Shown: positions 38,652-48,815, numbered from the stretch's first letter. The stretch: DNA of 64,000 bases from a virus (IMGVR_UViG_3300008954_000001), one strand, 5' to 3'. Numbers and translations: made by a program. Notes: generated by a model not told the origin, from the letters alone.

Positions 38652-41600
38652 CCTCATCCTCCACTCCGGGGGGGCGGGATCGACCAGCGTAAGGGCTTGC
38701 TTGTAGGTCAAGCACCTTCTTATCGAGCCGCCACTTACTTGCATCCCGTTTTGAGACTGACCCCCATTCTTCGGTCAGGTCCATTTCTTGAGAGGCTTTG
38801 ATGATGTCATCAAAGATGTCGGAATCCATCTTCTGGTAGAGAGCACGAATCGTATCAAGGGTTACGTCTTCGTAACCTCGCTCACCCACATTACTTGCCG
38901 ACCCCGAATAACAAGAGTCAATCGTGATCTCCTGTACCTTTTGCTCTTGCCCTTGTCGCCAAGCACGAGCGGTGCGCTGCTTCATCGCTTCGCTGTTCCA
39001 GTGGTTACGGTCAAGGTGAACAACGGTATCGAAAGTCTGAAGGTTGTGTCCGTGAGAGTATTCCTTCCCCAACATGGTTGCGGTCTTGATCTCAGGGTTC
39101 TTCTTAACGATTTCTTTGAGCACAAACTGTTGCCATTGGGCCGCTGGATAGTTCTTATTCAAACCCTCGGCTCGAACCAGCTTCGTTTTAGGTGGAAGGT
39201 TCGGGTACTTGCGATACTTGCGCTTGCGGAACGGTAGTTGAAAAATGGCTCGACCACCCGCTTCAGCTACCCACCGATCAGCTTGATCTGCAAACAACAG
39301 TTCCATATCACCACGCTCAAACGGCACGGTGTAGGAATCGATGGGGGAACCCCCTTCGTATAGTTGAATCGAATCTTTGAGGGCCAAAACATGAAGCCCC
39401 CCAATCCGAGAGGACATTCGCATCACGGAGTCGATACAGAGCTTCGGGTCATCGCTAAAGATCAAGGCTCGTGAGCCAGTAAAACCCCCGCTCTCTTCCG
39501 TAGAGATGATCTTATCCGCAAGAGTTTGCTCGCAAGTGTCCAGTTTGGGGTTCGGCATCGTTTCAGCCAACCGCTCGATTTCTTCTGGCGACCCCAATTG
39601 GTCCAAGAGAGTTTGTCCAACCTTCTTGATCCCACGAGGATATTCGCCCCAGTTTTTCCGAAACCGCTTTGAATACTTGTACTTCTCTGGCGGGTTTCCA
39701 GAAGCGATCTCCGACAAGTCTCGCATAGCGTCAGCGGGCCTGTTCGAGAGGGTGTTCAATAGATTGACCCAAGGCCGCAATCGTAGTCCGAAAATATCTT
39801 CGGCTTTCTTGTCTCGATAAGAGTCTTGTTTGCGCCGTTCCTTGAACTTGACCGCAGCCGCTTGAAGAACGGTAGTCATTTGAGCGGTGACTGCTCGGTA
39901 GGCGGTTTCGACTTCGGGAGCCATCTCCGCTACTCGTGTTTCCACTAAGGGATCAGGGAGGTCATATTCATCGACCTTGGTTTTATCAGCATAAAAAACA
40001 TTACGCTTTACCCAAGTTTTCATATCTCGTGCTGAGTTTTCATCACGAGTTACGCCAACAATGCGGCCACCAACGATATTGCAGAAGCGGTTTTTGAACC
40101 GCTGCATGGTCTTTCGGTTCTCTCGTGGTTCAACATCCCGCCCAAATAGAGGGGTGTTGTTCGAGATGGCCGCCAACACATAGGCTTCCATGGGGTTCTT
40201 TTCCATAGGGGAAGCTGTCAGACAGACTTTACGGGGGTGCCACAGTTTGAGGGCTGCTTGGGATCGCTGTGTCTTAGGGTTCTTGAGTGCGTGAGCTTCA
40301 TCGAAGTAAATCTGAACGTACTCTTCGGGGTTCCACGCTTTCGGGGGCTTCTTGCTCTTAGCAGCTTGCTTCCCCACGCCCCCATATTGTTGATCCCACT
40401 CTTCTTGCTTCTGTTTCCAGTAATCATGCTGCTTCTTCAAAGGAGCGGGAATCTTCCCCGAACGAGAGGAACCTGAAAAGTTGGAGTAGGGGAGACAGTC
40501 AACTCGGTCGATCAACCCCCCGCCTTTACCTTTGATAAAGGCTTCAATCTCTTTAGGCATGTTGCCTACCAGAGACTTTGGACACACATAGAGGAACCGC
40601 CCATTGGTCTTTACTTCACGACCATCTGGCCGGGTGTAGCTGGCATCTTCTTCGAGCCAACCATCACGGACAGCTTTAACCATGCCACCAATCGCCGTGA
40701 GAGTCTTTCCTACGCCTGTTTCCAGAGCGCAAACCCCTGCCCCACCATTGGCATCAATCCACGCCAGAGCTTCCCGCTGCTTGCCCAACAACTCGAACTC
40801 TTTAGGCTCCCCATCCTTTTTGTAGGATGGGATAAAGGTGAAGTCCTCTACGATTTCTCCATTTTCATCCCGAATAGCCGTACTCAAGTTCGCCGCCTTG
40901 TATGCGGTGGTGTCCTTGGTCGCTTCTTCGGCGTTCGCCAGATCCTTGTAATACTGTTTGATCTTCTTATTTGCGGCTTCGGATAAGGCCAACCCTTCGG
41001 TTTTCTTCATCACCGTGCCGTAATCTTTGGGATCAAAGTACACGGAGATGGCACGAGACCCTTTTACTGGGAACCATTCCATACTCGGAATACATCGCCT
41101 TGCGGGGGAAAAGGACTTGGTGCCACCAGCGCAGCAGAGTTCTTTTAGGTCGTTTCGGATATCTTTAAGAGGACCATCTCCTGGAATGGTGATCATCATC
41201 TTTTGGGTTTTGACCTTCTTCCGCTTCCCCATCACCGTGCGTGTTTTCGTTACATCCGCAACGGTGACATACGGCTCCCTTTCAGCAGGGTCGATCCGTT
41301 CGGGAACAGGGTGCGAAGCCCCACTTCGAGGATTGTAGGTATAAGCGGTGCCTTCAATCATACGCCCATTGGCGTTGATCATGTCATCAAGGAAAATCCC
41401 CTTGTAGCGACCCCCCGTAATCACCTTCATTTCGGTGTAGGTGACGTTACCTTCGCCGTCTGTCACGGGAACGCTGATCATTTTTGTGGGGTACAGGCGG
41501 GTGAGCTTGCCTCGTTTGGCCTTATCATCCGTCAGGGAAGAGTATTCGGTTTCTCCACCAAGCTCTTCAATGGCTTCATCGTCTACTTTGCGTAGCCGCT

Positions 41601-42438
41601 TGAGGGGGACATTGACCTTTGTGGGTAGCTTGGACAGCTTCTTTTGCTGTTCCTCGTAGGTCTTTCGCTTCTCGATGTATTCTGGGATCGTGAGCTTTTT
41701 CCCGTCTCGGTCATAAATCAGCTCTTCCCCAGTTTCCTCGTTAGTCGCAACTAATGGGATTCTTCCCATTAGTTTAATTCGACGAACGCTGTGACCATCG
41801 GCCCGCATAGCCTTTTCTGTGTTCAGGTCAATCTCTCGAAGGGTCTTCTTTTCTTCAAGCATCAACGCATAGGTTTCAGGATCTTCGTCTTTGATCCTTT
41901 CGAGTTCAGCGGTGCCTTTCGCAGCAGGCTTGAGGCGCAACCACCATTCGGTTGGTGGCACTCCACCAATCCTCATGGACTTCATGTAAACACCCTTATC
42001 TCTGGCGACCTCAATTAACAAAGGCACGAGGATTCGATTGAGCCGACCCCATAGGATCGAGCTTTCGGGGCGGGCAACGACTTTACGAATACATTGAAGG
42101 ACTTCTGTTCGCTGGTCTGCGAGCATGTTGACAATAGTTGGACTCAGCCCTCGCTTGTCCACGGGGGATGTAATGCGAGTCAGCCGTAAGGCTTCTTTGC
42201 GGTACAGGATGACAAGGTCTTCCTGTAAAGGCATCCCATGTCGGAATTCCCACAGCTTGCGGTAGATTTGGAAGAACTCTAAGCCCTTCACAGTGAAAGC
42301 CCTACGGAGCTTCACTTCAATGGCGGGCTGAATTAGCGTCCGACCAGCTTCAATCAGCTTGATCTGCGCCTTGCTTAATCCAAGCTCCTCCAAATTGACT
42401 TTAGCTGTCTTGGAGGGAAGGGCATTCCCAACTTCCAT
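38644..42438 (-). CDS. Large SNF2-family (SF2) helicase/ATPase with ~550-aa N-terminal extension
   Basis: KQREAL, ETGVGKT, VCPKSL, FDEAH, LTASP, GHNLQ, QRTARAWRQGQ. Confidence 0.88.
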   Translation of the reverse strand: MEVGNALPSKTAKVNLEELGLSKAQIKLIEAGRTLIQPAIEVKLRRAFTVKGLEFFQIYRKLWEFRHGMPLQEDLVILYRKEALRLTRITSPVDKRGLSPTIVNMLADQRTEVLQCIRKVVARPESSILWGRLNRILVPLLIEVARDKGVYMKSMRIGGVPPTEWWLRLKPAAKGTAELERIKDEDPETYALMLEEKKTLREIDLNTEKAMRADGHSVRRIKLMGRIPLVATNEETGEELIYDRDGKKLTIPEYIEKRKTYEEQQKKLSKLPTKVNVPLKRLRKVDDEAIEELGGETEYSSLTDDKAKRGKLTRLYPTKMISVPVTDGEGNVTYTEMKVITGGRYKGIFLDDMINANGRMIEGTAYTYNPRSGASHPVPERIDPAEREPYVTVADVTKTRTVMGKRKKVKTQKMMITIPGDGPLKDIRNDLKELCCAGGTKSFSPARRCIPSMEWFPVKGSRAISVYFDPKDYGTVMKKTEGLALSEAANKKIKQYYKDLANAEEATKDTTAYKAANLSTAIRDENGEIVEDFTFIPSYKKDGEPKEFELLGKQREALAWIDANGGAGVCALETGVGKTLTAIGGMVKAVRDGWLEEDASYTRPDGREVKTNGRFLYVCPKSLVGNMPKEIEAFIKGKGGGLIDRVDCLPYSNFSGSSRSGKIPAPLKKQHDYWKQKQEEWDQQYGGVGKQAAKSKKPPKAWNPEEYVQIYFDEAHALKNPKTQRSQAALKLWHPRKVCLTASPMEKNPMEAYVLAAISNNTPLFGRDVEPRENRKTMQRFKNRFCNIVGGRIVGVTRDENSARDMKTWVKRNVFYADKTKVDEYDLPDPLVETRVAEMAPEVETAYRAVTAQMTTVLQAAAVKFKERRKQDSYRDKKAEDIFGLRLRPWVNLLNTLSNRPADAMRDLSEIASGNPPEKYKYSKRFRKNWGEYPRGIKKVGQTLLDQLGSPEEIERLAETMPNPKLDTCEQTLADKIISTEESGGFTGSRALIFSDDPKLCIDSVMRMSSRIGGLHVLALKDSIQLYEGGSPIDSYTVPFERGDMELLFADQADRWVAEAGGRAIFQLPFRKRKYRKYPNLPPKTKLVRAEGLNKNYPAAQWQQFVLKEIVKKNPEIKTATMLGKEYSHGHNLQTFDTVVHLDRNHWNSEAMKQRTARAWRQGQEQKVQEITIDSCYSGSASNVGERGYEDVTLDTIRALYQKMDSDIFDDIIKASQEMDLTEEWGSVSKRDASKWRLDKKVLDLQASPYAGRSRPPGVEDEDE

Positions 42439-42439
42439 T

Positions 42440-44857
42440 TCAGTCTACCCAAATGATCTGTGCCCCGTCAGGCAAGTCCGTAACGCTGGTGTAAGTGACA
42501 TACTCGTTGCCAACCTTCACGGCATGACCAGCTTCGTAACCGTGCTGGCCCATATCGGGCTGTACCTTGTTGCTATCCTCATCATTGGGGAGAGTGCTGT
42601 GGCCTTCGGCCTTCTCTTTGAGTTCAGAGTCTTCAGCAGCCTGTTTAGGCGGCGTGGTGGTTCCGTTGAACTCGGTTGCCCCTGGATTGTAGCCAGAGTT
42701 GCCTTCGAGCTTAGGCTGCGCTTCGTTGCTCTCATCTTCACCGGGAAGTTGTGAGCGGCCCATGCCTTCGCCTTCTTTGTCCTCGTCCTCGTCATCCTCC
42801 GCACCAAACATGACACGGCCTCGTTGAAGTTCGCCGTTAGCGATACGGGTAGTCAGACGGACACGGGAGGCTTTCTTCGGGTTCAAACCATCTTTGATGG
42901 CTTTCACGACTGGAGTTCCAAGCAGCCCCGAATCTTTTTCGGCTACGATGGCGGGATCACCGGATTCTTCATCCTCGGTATCATCGTCCTTGGCGGCGGC
43001 CTTCTTGCCTTCGTCTTCGTCGTCCTCGCCTTCCTTGCCTTCGCTCTTTTTCTTTTCGCAGTTTTCCTTCAAGGCGGGAGGCAGTTTTTCGCAACCAGCG
43101 GTCTTACCGTCCTCATCCTCATCTTCACCTTCTTTGTCGCCATCTTTCTTCTTGGCTTCGCAAGCCTCTTGCATGGCTTCATTAGGAAGGTTCTCACAAC
43201 CAGCGGTCTTACCGTCTTCGTCGTCCTCGCCTTCCTTATCTCCATCCTTCTTTTTAGCTTCACAGGCTTCTTGCATCGCCTCATTGGGGAGGTTTTCGCA
43301 TCCAGCGGCTTTAAGGATAGCCTCGGCTTGGGCGATCAGTTTGTTCGCCCACATTGATTTCAGGTGGGGGTTGTTGTTATCCGACAACCACCGCTCCACA
43401 TCAGACCAAAGGGTCTCTGTGTCCTTGATGCGCTCCAAGGATGCCCGAACATTACGGGGGAGGTCGTCGTAGCTCATGGCGTTGCCACCACTCGCCAGAT
43501 ACTTCTCAAGCACCTTCTCTTGCCGCTTCATAAGGCGAGCAGCCTTGATGTGCTTCGAGGGATCTTTGGCATTGGCCGCAAGCTCTTCGGGCATCTTGCT
43601 CAAAGGAACCTTCTTACCCTTTTCGTGCTTGGCCTCTTTCTCATCGGCCTCTTTCTCATCCTCTTTATCGGAGGCGGTCACAAGAGAAGCGGCTTCGGGG
43701 TAGAAACGGAGAAGAATACGGGCAAACCGACACCGGCCACGCTTCGAGTGATCACGGAGGAACGAAGTGATCTTCTCATACTTGGCTGTGCGGCGTGTGT
43801 GCAGGTCGTAAGCAACTGATCCCGCTTCTTGGGAAATGTCTAAACAAGCCTGAAGTGCCAACTTCGCCGTCTTCACTCGGTAGCCATACATTCCGTGACC
43901 AGCAGCGATCTTGGTGGATGCCTTCTTGGTCGAAGTCAAACTAACTTTCCACTTCGAGGTGCCTCCGCCGAGCGACTCCGCTTTGGTCTTGACACCATCC
44001 TTCTCGATTTGCTTGGCGAACGCCTTGGCGTCTTTCTCTGCTTGGATACCGTTCGGCTCACTATAAAACGTGACTGAGCCATTCCCGTTAGCGGCGGCAA
44101 TAATGAGGCTGACATCACTCTTTGGGCGAGACTTCTTGATGGCTGCATCAATCGTAGCCCCAAGCTCATCGTTCTTTACCATTCGCTTGGTGGATGCCAC
44201 CTTGGGTCCGATGTCCTCCATCGCAGCACAAAGGATGCGAGCAGACAGGGAGTTGGAACGCTTGGCATGGAGGTCAAGGAACGCAAACGTGGCCCTGTCC
44301 TTCGCATAAATCGTTCGAGCGATCTTATTAGCGACCTTTTGAACCTTACGAACCGAAGCCAAAACATCCCTTTGGGTCTGTTTCGTGTAGCCGTACAGTC
44401 CCCCAGAAGGGCGTTTCTTTACTGTTTTCAGGGCGGTAGCCATCTTGGAGAGGGACAACTCGTCCTCTTTCTCCAAAGACTTCAATACGTCTTCTAAGTT
44501 CATCATTTGTCGTTCCTCATGGTAATCAACTTCCCCATAATCGGGCTGAGTCCTTAAAGGTGTGACCTGTAGAGGCTCACCTTCAAGTGTCTTATAGAAG
44601 GAGGATTGAAGTTCGGCGTTCGCAAGAGCCTCAAAATCAGCCCCACCATCCCGATCTTCATCCCATTTCTTCTTGTGTTTCGGTCTACGGCGACCCTTCG
44701 CCACATCCCTCACACGGCTGTCCTCTTTCATGGGGCCAGCGTTCGGTGTATTTTCAATGTGATCTCGCATGATCTCATTACGGGTCTTGGGCGTGTCTCG
44801 CCTGATCTTCATCTTGTCCTTTTGAGACAAGGGCTTCTTTTTCCTACGTCTACCCAT
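42440..44857 (-). CDS. Large repetitive charged protein, putative internal head protein
   Basis: ATG 44857 preferred; internal repeats and many K-x-A motifs. Confidence 0.65.
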   Translation of the reverse strand: MGRRRKKKPLSQKDKMKIRRDTPKTRNEIMRDHIENTPNAGPMKEDSRVRDVAKGRRRPKHKKKWDEDRDGGADFEALANAELQSSFYKTLEGEPLQVTPLRTQPDYGEVDYHEERQMMNLEDVLKSLEKEDELSLSKMATALKTVKKRPSGGLYGYTKQTQRDVLASVRKVQKVANKIARTIYAKDRATFAFLDLHAKRSNSLSARILCAAMEDIGPKVASTKRMVKNDELGATIDAAIKKSRPKSDVSLIIAAANGNGSVTFYSEPNGIQAEKDAKAFAKQIEKDGVKTKAESLGGGTSKWKVSLTSTKKASTKIAAGHGMYGYRVKTAKLALQACLDISQEAGSVAYDLHTRRTAKYEKITSFLRDHSKRGRCRFARILLRFYPEAASLVTASDKEDEKEADEKEAKHEKGKKVPLSKMPEELAANAKDPSKHIKAARLMKRQEKVLEKYLASGGNAMSYDDLPRNVRASLERIKDTETLWSDVERWLSDNNNPHLKSMWANKLIAQAEAILKAAGCENLPNEAMQEACEAKKKDGDKEGEDDEDGKTAGCENLPNEAMQEACEAKKKDGDKEGEDEDEDGKTAGCEKLPPALKENCEKKKSEGKEGEDDEDEGKKAAAKDDDTEDEESGDPAIVAEKDSGLLGTPVVKAIKDGLNPKKASRVRLTTRIANGELQRGRVMFGAEDDEDEDKEGEGMGRSQLPGEDESNEAQPKLEGNSGYNPGATEFNGTTTPPKQAAEDSELKEKAEGHSTLPNDEDSNKVQPDMGQHGYEAGHAVKVGNEYVTYTSVTDLPDGAQIIWVD
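43000..43310 (-). repeat. Intragenic tandem repeat, about 3 x 35 codons
   Basis: AGCENLPNEAMQEACEAKKKDGDKEGED(E)DEDGKT twice, plus degenerate AGCEKLPPALKENCEKKK; also visible at DNA level. Confidence 0.9.
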
Positions 44858-45446
44858 GATGCCCCCCAAACCAAATGGCTTGTAATTCCTCACCTGCGGT
44901 GCGGGTCGGTGTTTTCATAGAAGCCATGACTTGCCTTCCTTCAACTGAAACCTCCAAAGAGACAACTAAAGCGGGCCGCCGAACAATAAAGTCGCCCCAA
45001 TCTTCACCCCATTTGGAGTAAAAATCGTCCTCATGCACTATACGCACGGTTTTACTTGGGTTCGGGATGTTGGGGTCGGCAACATGGACATACAGGCCAT
45101 CTTTCCGTTGTTCCACATCAAAGACCAAACTGGCGTGTGACCAAGGCCGATTTTCGGGGTTCCAAGCAATCAACACAGGAAGCCCCCGATCTGTACACCT
45201 CTTTAATTGAGCGACAGTGGAGGGGGCCGTAAGGGTGCCTCTGCACCCAAAATACTGGATAGTTGCCAAGGCTTCTTCCCAACGAGCACCTTTTTTCGGT
45301 TCTGCGCCAAGGATTTTGTTTACATGGTCCTCGGTCAGTTCTGTTTTCCCAAGAGCCTTCAAAGCCATCAAAACAGACGTAGCTACGCAAGTGTACTGCG
45401 TTCTCTGGCGTACAGGGTCTACATTTGCTTTGGCTTTTTTGTGCAT
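44850..45446 (-). CDS. Papain-like peptidase (C39-like)
   Basis: Oxyanion Gln and Cys in RQRTQYTCVATS, His in WSHASLV, Asp in VADPN. Confidence 0.8.
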   Translation of the reverse strand: MHKKAKANVDPVRQRTQYTCVATSVLMALKALGKTELTEDHVNKILGAEPKKGARWEEALATIQYFGCRGTLTAPSTVAQLKRCTDRGLPVLIAWNPENRPWSHASLVFDVEQRKDGLYVHVADPNIPNPSKTVRIVHEDDFYSKWGEDWGDFIVRRPALVVSLEVSVEGRQVMASMKTPTRTAGEELQAIWFGGHHG

Positions 45447-45556
45447 CTTTCGTCACCTACCGTTGAAGCGGTTTCTATCTATGAGTCGGTATTGGCCCGA
45501 TACCGTCCCATAGACAGATAGCCTTTTGTTTGAGGCATCGACTGAGGATGTTCTAA

Positions 45557-45817
45557 ATGAAGTATGACCAACTCGTAAGAGCAATATCGCAGCGAACAGG
45601 GCTGGCGAGCGAGATCGTCAAGAAAATCTTGTCCGAACTGCCGGAAGCTCTGTCCCATTTAGAGGACAACGAGAAAGTGCGTACTCCGCTTGGCACCTTT
45701 GTAGCGTGGCCCAAAGAAGAGAAGAAAATCAAACTCCCTACGGGGGAGGATGCTTTCAGGAAAGCGGAAACGGTTATTCGGCTCCGACCGGGCAAAGCAC
45801 TGAAGCGGAAAAAGTGA
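45557..45817 (+). CDS. HU/IHF-family DNA-binding protein
   Basis: ISQRTGL..EIV, VRTPLGTF, IKLPTGE, IRLRPGKALK. Confidence 0.85.
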   Translation: MKYDQLVRAISQRTGLASEIVKKILSELPEALSHLEDNEKVRTPLGTFVAWPKEEKKIKLPTGEDAFRKAETVIRLRPGKALKRKK

Positions 45818-45818
45818 G

Positions 45819-45977
45819 ATGTGGGATCTGAAAGTAATCGTTGCCTTAAACAAAGTAGCCCATGAGCTTGCTAAAGCGGGAAAAAACCCATCTGGCGCAC
45901 TTTCAGAGTTGTATCGCCGCTCCCAAGAGAAGAAGCCTACCCCAACCACACCAACGAGCAATACTGACAGGGGGTAG
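45819..45977 (+). CDS. 52-aa hypothetical protein
   Basis: Below the track cutoff; exactly fills the gap between HU and patatin. Confidence 0.45.
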   Translation: MWDLKVIVALNKVAHELAKAGKNPSGALSELYRRSQEKKPTPTTPTSNTDRG

Positions 45978-45979
45978 GA

Positions 45980-46915
45980 ATGGAAAATCTGCCAATGGTC
46001 AGGATCGTATATGGACCAACGGGCGGTAGATTTCCCATCATGTTTGGCGTAGCCAAAGCCCTTGAAGAAGCCCTTGCCCGCTTAGGTGTCGGGATCATTG
46101 ATCGAGTGGGGATATCAGGAGGGGCTATTGTAGCCGCCGTTCGGAGTGCGGGTCGAGACTTCCCTGATTGGATGCGAGAAAACGAGGGTTTAGGGAAGCA
46201 CTGTTCTATCGGAGGTTGGAACCTTCCGAACCAGCTTTGGACCTTGATTCGATATGGGGGGCTGCTGAACTCTAAGGCCGTTCTCCAAAAGACTTTCCAA
46301 TCCTTGATTGCAACAATACCAACTGAGCCTTGCTATGCTGTCAGTTGGTGTAGTTCGGCTAAAAAGCCCGTAGCGTTCTCTTTGATGAACAACCCTTTAG
46401 CCGCCACTTGCGTATTAGCCTCTACAGCGATCCCGATTGCTTTCTCTCCCGTTGAGATTGCCAACCACGATCTTTCCCCAGCGATCCGACAGCAGATAGG
46501 GGTTGGAGAAGAGGGGGTGTCTCGCTTTCAAGACGGGGGCTTATCAGATGCTTTCCCCGCTATGTTAATAGACAAGAAGATCGTTCCAACCATCATGGTC
46601 TTCATCGACCCTGTGCCAATGGGGGTAGAAGATCAACAAAAGCCCAAAGATGTTTGGGAGCGGGTGTTTGGTATCCAAAACAAAGCGATTCTATTGGCCG
46701 CCAGTGCTCGTAAAAAACAGAACACACAACTGTTTGTAGTTCCCACTGTCCCTGAAATGTTGGTCCACAGCATGAAGTTCGACTTACAGATGGAAGACGC
46801 TATGACGATGTACCGCCACGGCTTCGTTATGGCCCACTACACCTTTCGCCTCCAACTCGACATTCCCACAAAAGAAGTTGAGGAGAGGGGGGCCGATTTT
46901 CTCGAACAACGGTAA
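45980..46915 (+). CDS. Patatin-like phospholipase
   Basis: GPTGG (oxyanion-like), GISGGA (GxSxG), ASTAIP..F.PV, QDGG. Confidence 0.8.
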   Translation: MENLPMVRIVYGPTGGRFPIMFGVAKALEEALARLGVGIIDRVGISGGAIVAAVRSAGRDFPDWMRENEGLGKHCSIGGWNLPNQLWTLIRYGGLLNSKAVLQKTFQSLIATIPTEPCYAVSWCSSAKKPVAFSLMNNPLAATCVLASTAIPIAFSPVEIANHDLSPAIRQQIGVGEEGVSRFQDGGLSDAFPAMLIDKKIVPTIMVFIDPVPMGVEDQQKPKDVWERVFGIQNKAILLAASARKKQNTQLFVVPTVPEMLVHSMKFDLQMEDAMTMYRHGFVMAHYTFRLQLDIPTKEVEERGADFLEQR

Positions 46916-46935
46916 TACACCTGTTCGAGGAGTAT

Positions 46936-47601
46936 TTGATGAGCATAATGATCAGACGTGCCGAAATGACGGAGTGTGGGGATTTCCATTCCTACTTCTG
47001 TGTGGGCGTAAATGGTGAGAAGGTGGGGGACACTGAAGAGTGCGACCACTCTATGGGCTGTAATGGGGACACCCCCTACCTATCCATGGATGGCGACACC
47101 CACTGTATTTCTTGTGGGATAAAAGAAGCCCTTCTGTGTAAAGAGGCCATCCTTTTTAGTATTGATGAAACCACCGCCCGTAAGGATGACGATGTGATCG
47201 TTCTGTTTACGGAAATGGTGTGGGATCGAGTTTACCTCGATGGGATGAACGCCCACCAAGATAGCGAGGAATACAAAGCTGGCTACCAGCAATTCCGAGA
47301 CGGCTCTTGGGACGAAACAGCCAACGGAGCTTTTTGGCGTTGGTCAGATGAGCGGCTACACCCCTTCATTATGGCTTCCTACACGAGCTTCTTGGGGGAC
47401 TTGCGTCAGCTAATGTTGACGGCTGTCAACGACGAGACGGTAGGCACAGAGGCCCGTGACACCTACGATGCGGTCGCAAGCCTGTTAGAGCACCTACTCA
47501 AAGCGAGTGAAGATTCTGTTCATGTTTCCCGTGAGGAGGCGGCAATCGATTTGCTGAACGCTATGGCTGAAAAAGGTGAGCTTGAACCACTAAATGAATA
47601 G
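46936..47601 (+). CDS. Hypothetical protein with Cys-rich N-terminus
   Basis: GAGGAG RBS. Confidence 0.6.
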   Translation: MMSIMIRRAEMTECGDFHSYFCVGVNGEKVGDTEECDHSMGCNGDTPYLSMDGDTHCISCGIKEALLCKEAILFSIDETTARKDDDVIVLFTEMVWDRVYLDGMNAHQDSEEYKAGYQQFRDGSWDETANGAFWRWSDERLHPFIMASYTSFLGDLRQLMLTAVNDETVGTEARDTYDAVASLLEHLLKASEDSVHVSREEAAIDLLNAMAEKGELEPLNE

Positions 47602-48042
47602 TGGAATATCTTCCCATTCAGACGGTTGTTGAACATTCATCATAAAGGATGGGTCAGGTAGAATATCAAAGCGTTGGGCGGCGATTACTTCCCGCCCTTC
47701 CAAAATCGCTTTACATAGACGATGCACTCCGTCCACGATAACCCCCGCCTTGTCGAGAAGGATTGGGTAATCAAGGTCGGCTCCCACAATCCTTCTTGTG
47801 TGTCCTAAGACCCAATGCGGAGTGGCATCCTCATCCTCATCTGTCCAACAGGTGCCTTCTAATTGTGAAATGAGTGTTTCAATCGGGACATACTCCACAG
47901 GTAGAGTTTTAGCCAACTTCCATAGAAGCTCTACTTTCCAATACTGGCGAACCCCGTCAACGGTAGTTGAGTAAGTTTGGCCGTCCACGATGCTGCCCAT
48001 AGCCCAAGTCTCCTTATGTTGTCTAAGACAATACCCGTCCAA
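47590..48042 (-). CDS. ParB/Srx-like domain protein
   Basis: ADLDYPILLDKAGVIVDGVHRLCKA. Confidence 0.6.
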   Translation of the reverse strand: MDGYCLRQHKETWAMGSIVDGQTYSTTVDGVRQYWKVELLWKLAKTLPVEYVPIETLISQLEGTCWTDEDEDATPHWVLGHTRRIVGADLDYPILLDKAGVIVDGVHRLCKAILEGREVIAAQRFDILPDPSFMMNVQQPSEWEDIPLFI

Positions 48043-48068
48043 TCATTTGACTGTAGTAGGAGAGTTAG

Positions 48069-48815
48069 ATGATCAAGCCCCTTGTCTTGATAACCAATGA
48101 TGACGGGCACTTTGCCCCCGGCATCGCTGCGCTGATTGAATGTGCTCGCCCGCACTGGCGGGTAGTTATCGTAGCCCCAGATCAAAACCGTTCGGCGGTT
48201 GGGCGTGGGCTATCTCTCCAAACCCCAATCCGAGTTCGAGAAGTAAACGATTGGTATTTCACCACCAACGGAACCCCCGTGGATTGTGTTTGCTACGCTT
48301 TAAGTATGCTCCTCGATGAGAAGCCCGCTTTAGTTTTGAGCGGGGTCAACGATGGGGCCAACCTTGGTACAGACGTATTGAGTTCTGGCACGGTTGGGGC
48401 GGCAATAGAAGGTTATATGCGAGGCATCCCTTCCATCGCTGTGTCCCAACACGGCAAGGGAGACTATAAAGCGGCGGCGGACTTAGCCGTTCGTTTAGGT
48501 ATTCAAATCATTGAAAAGCAAGGAAGCCCCCTCCTTCTCAATATGAATGTTCCCGGCCAAGGGTATGATCATGTTCGGTGGACCAAATTAGGTACTCGTA
48601 TTTACGACTACTCCGTTGAGGCTTGCACAGATCCAAGAAATAAGGACTATTATTGGGTCGGAGGGAGAAGCATCGGCTTAGGAGAAGGGTACGGCACAGA
48701 CTGTCAAGCGATGTTGGATGGACACGCTTCAGTAAGCCCCCTCCAGTTAGATTTGACTGACTATAAGGTATTGGATTCCTTGGGGCATTATTGGCCCGTC
48801 TTGGATAAGGAGTAA
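48069..48815 (+). CDS. surE: 5'/3'-nucleotidase SurE
   Basis: LITNDDG, VAPDQNRSA, GTPVDCV, SGVNDGANLG, SGTVGAA, SVSPL. Confidence 0.93.
   Translation: MIKPLVLITNDDGHFAPGIAALIECARPHWRVVIVAPDQNRSAVGRGLSLQTPIRVREVNDWYFTTNGTPVDCVCYALSMLLDEKPALVLSGVNDGANLGTDVLSSGTVGAAIEGYMRGIPSIAVSQHGKGDYKAAADLAVRLGIQIIEKQGSPLLLNMNVPGQGYDHVRWTKLGTRIYDYSVEACTDPRNKDYYWVGGRSIGLGEGYGTDCQAMLDGHASVSPLQLDLTDYKVLDSLGHYWPVLDKE

Noticed and set aside
42824-43819. Long plus-strand ORFs (Ser-rich or Phe/Leu-rich)
   Set aside because: Antisense shadows of the K/E/D-rich repeats of the real minus-strand gene.
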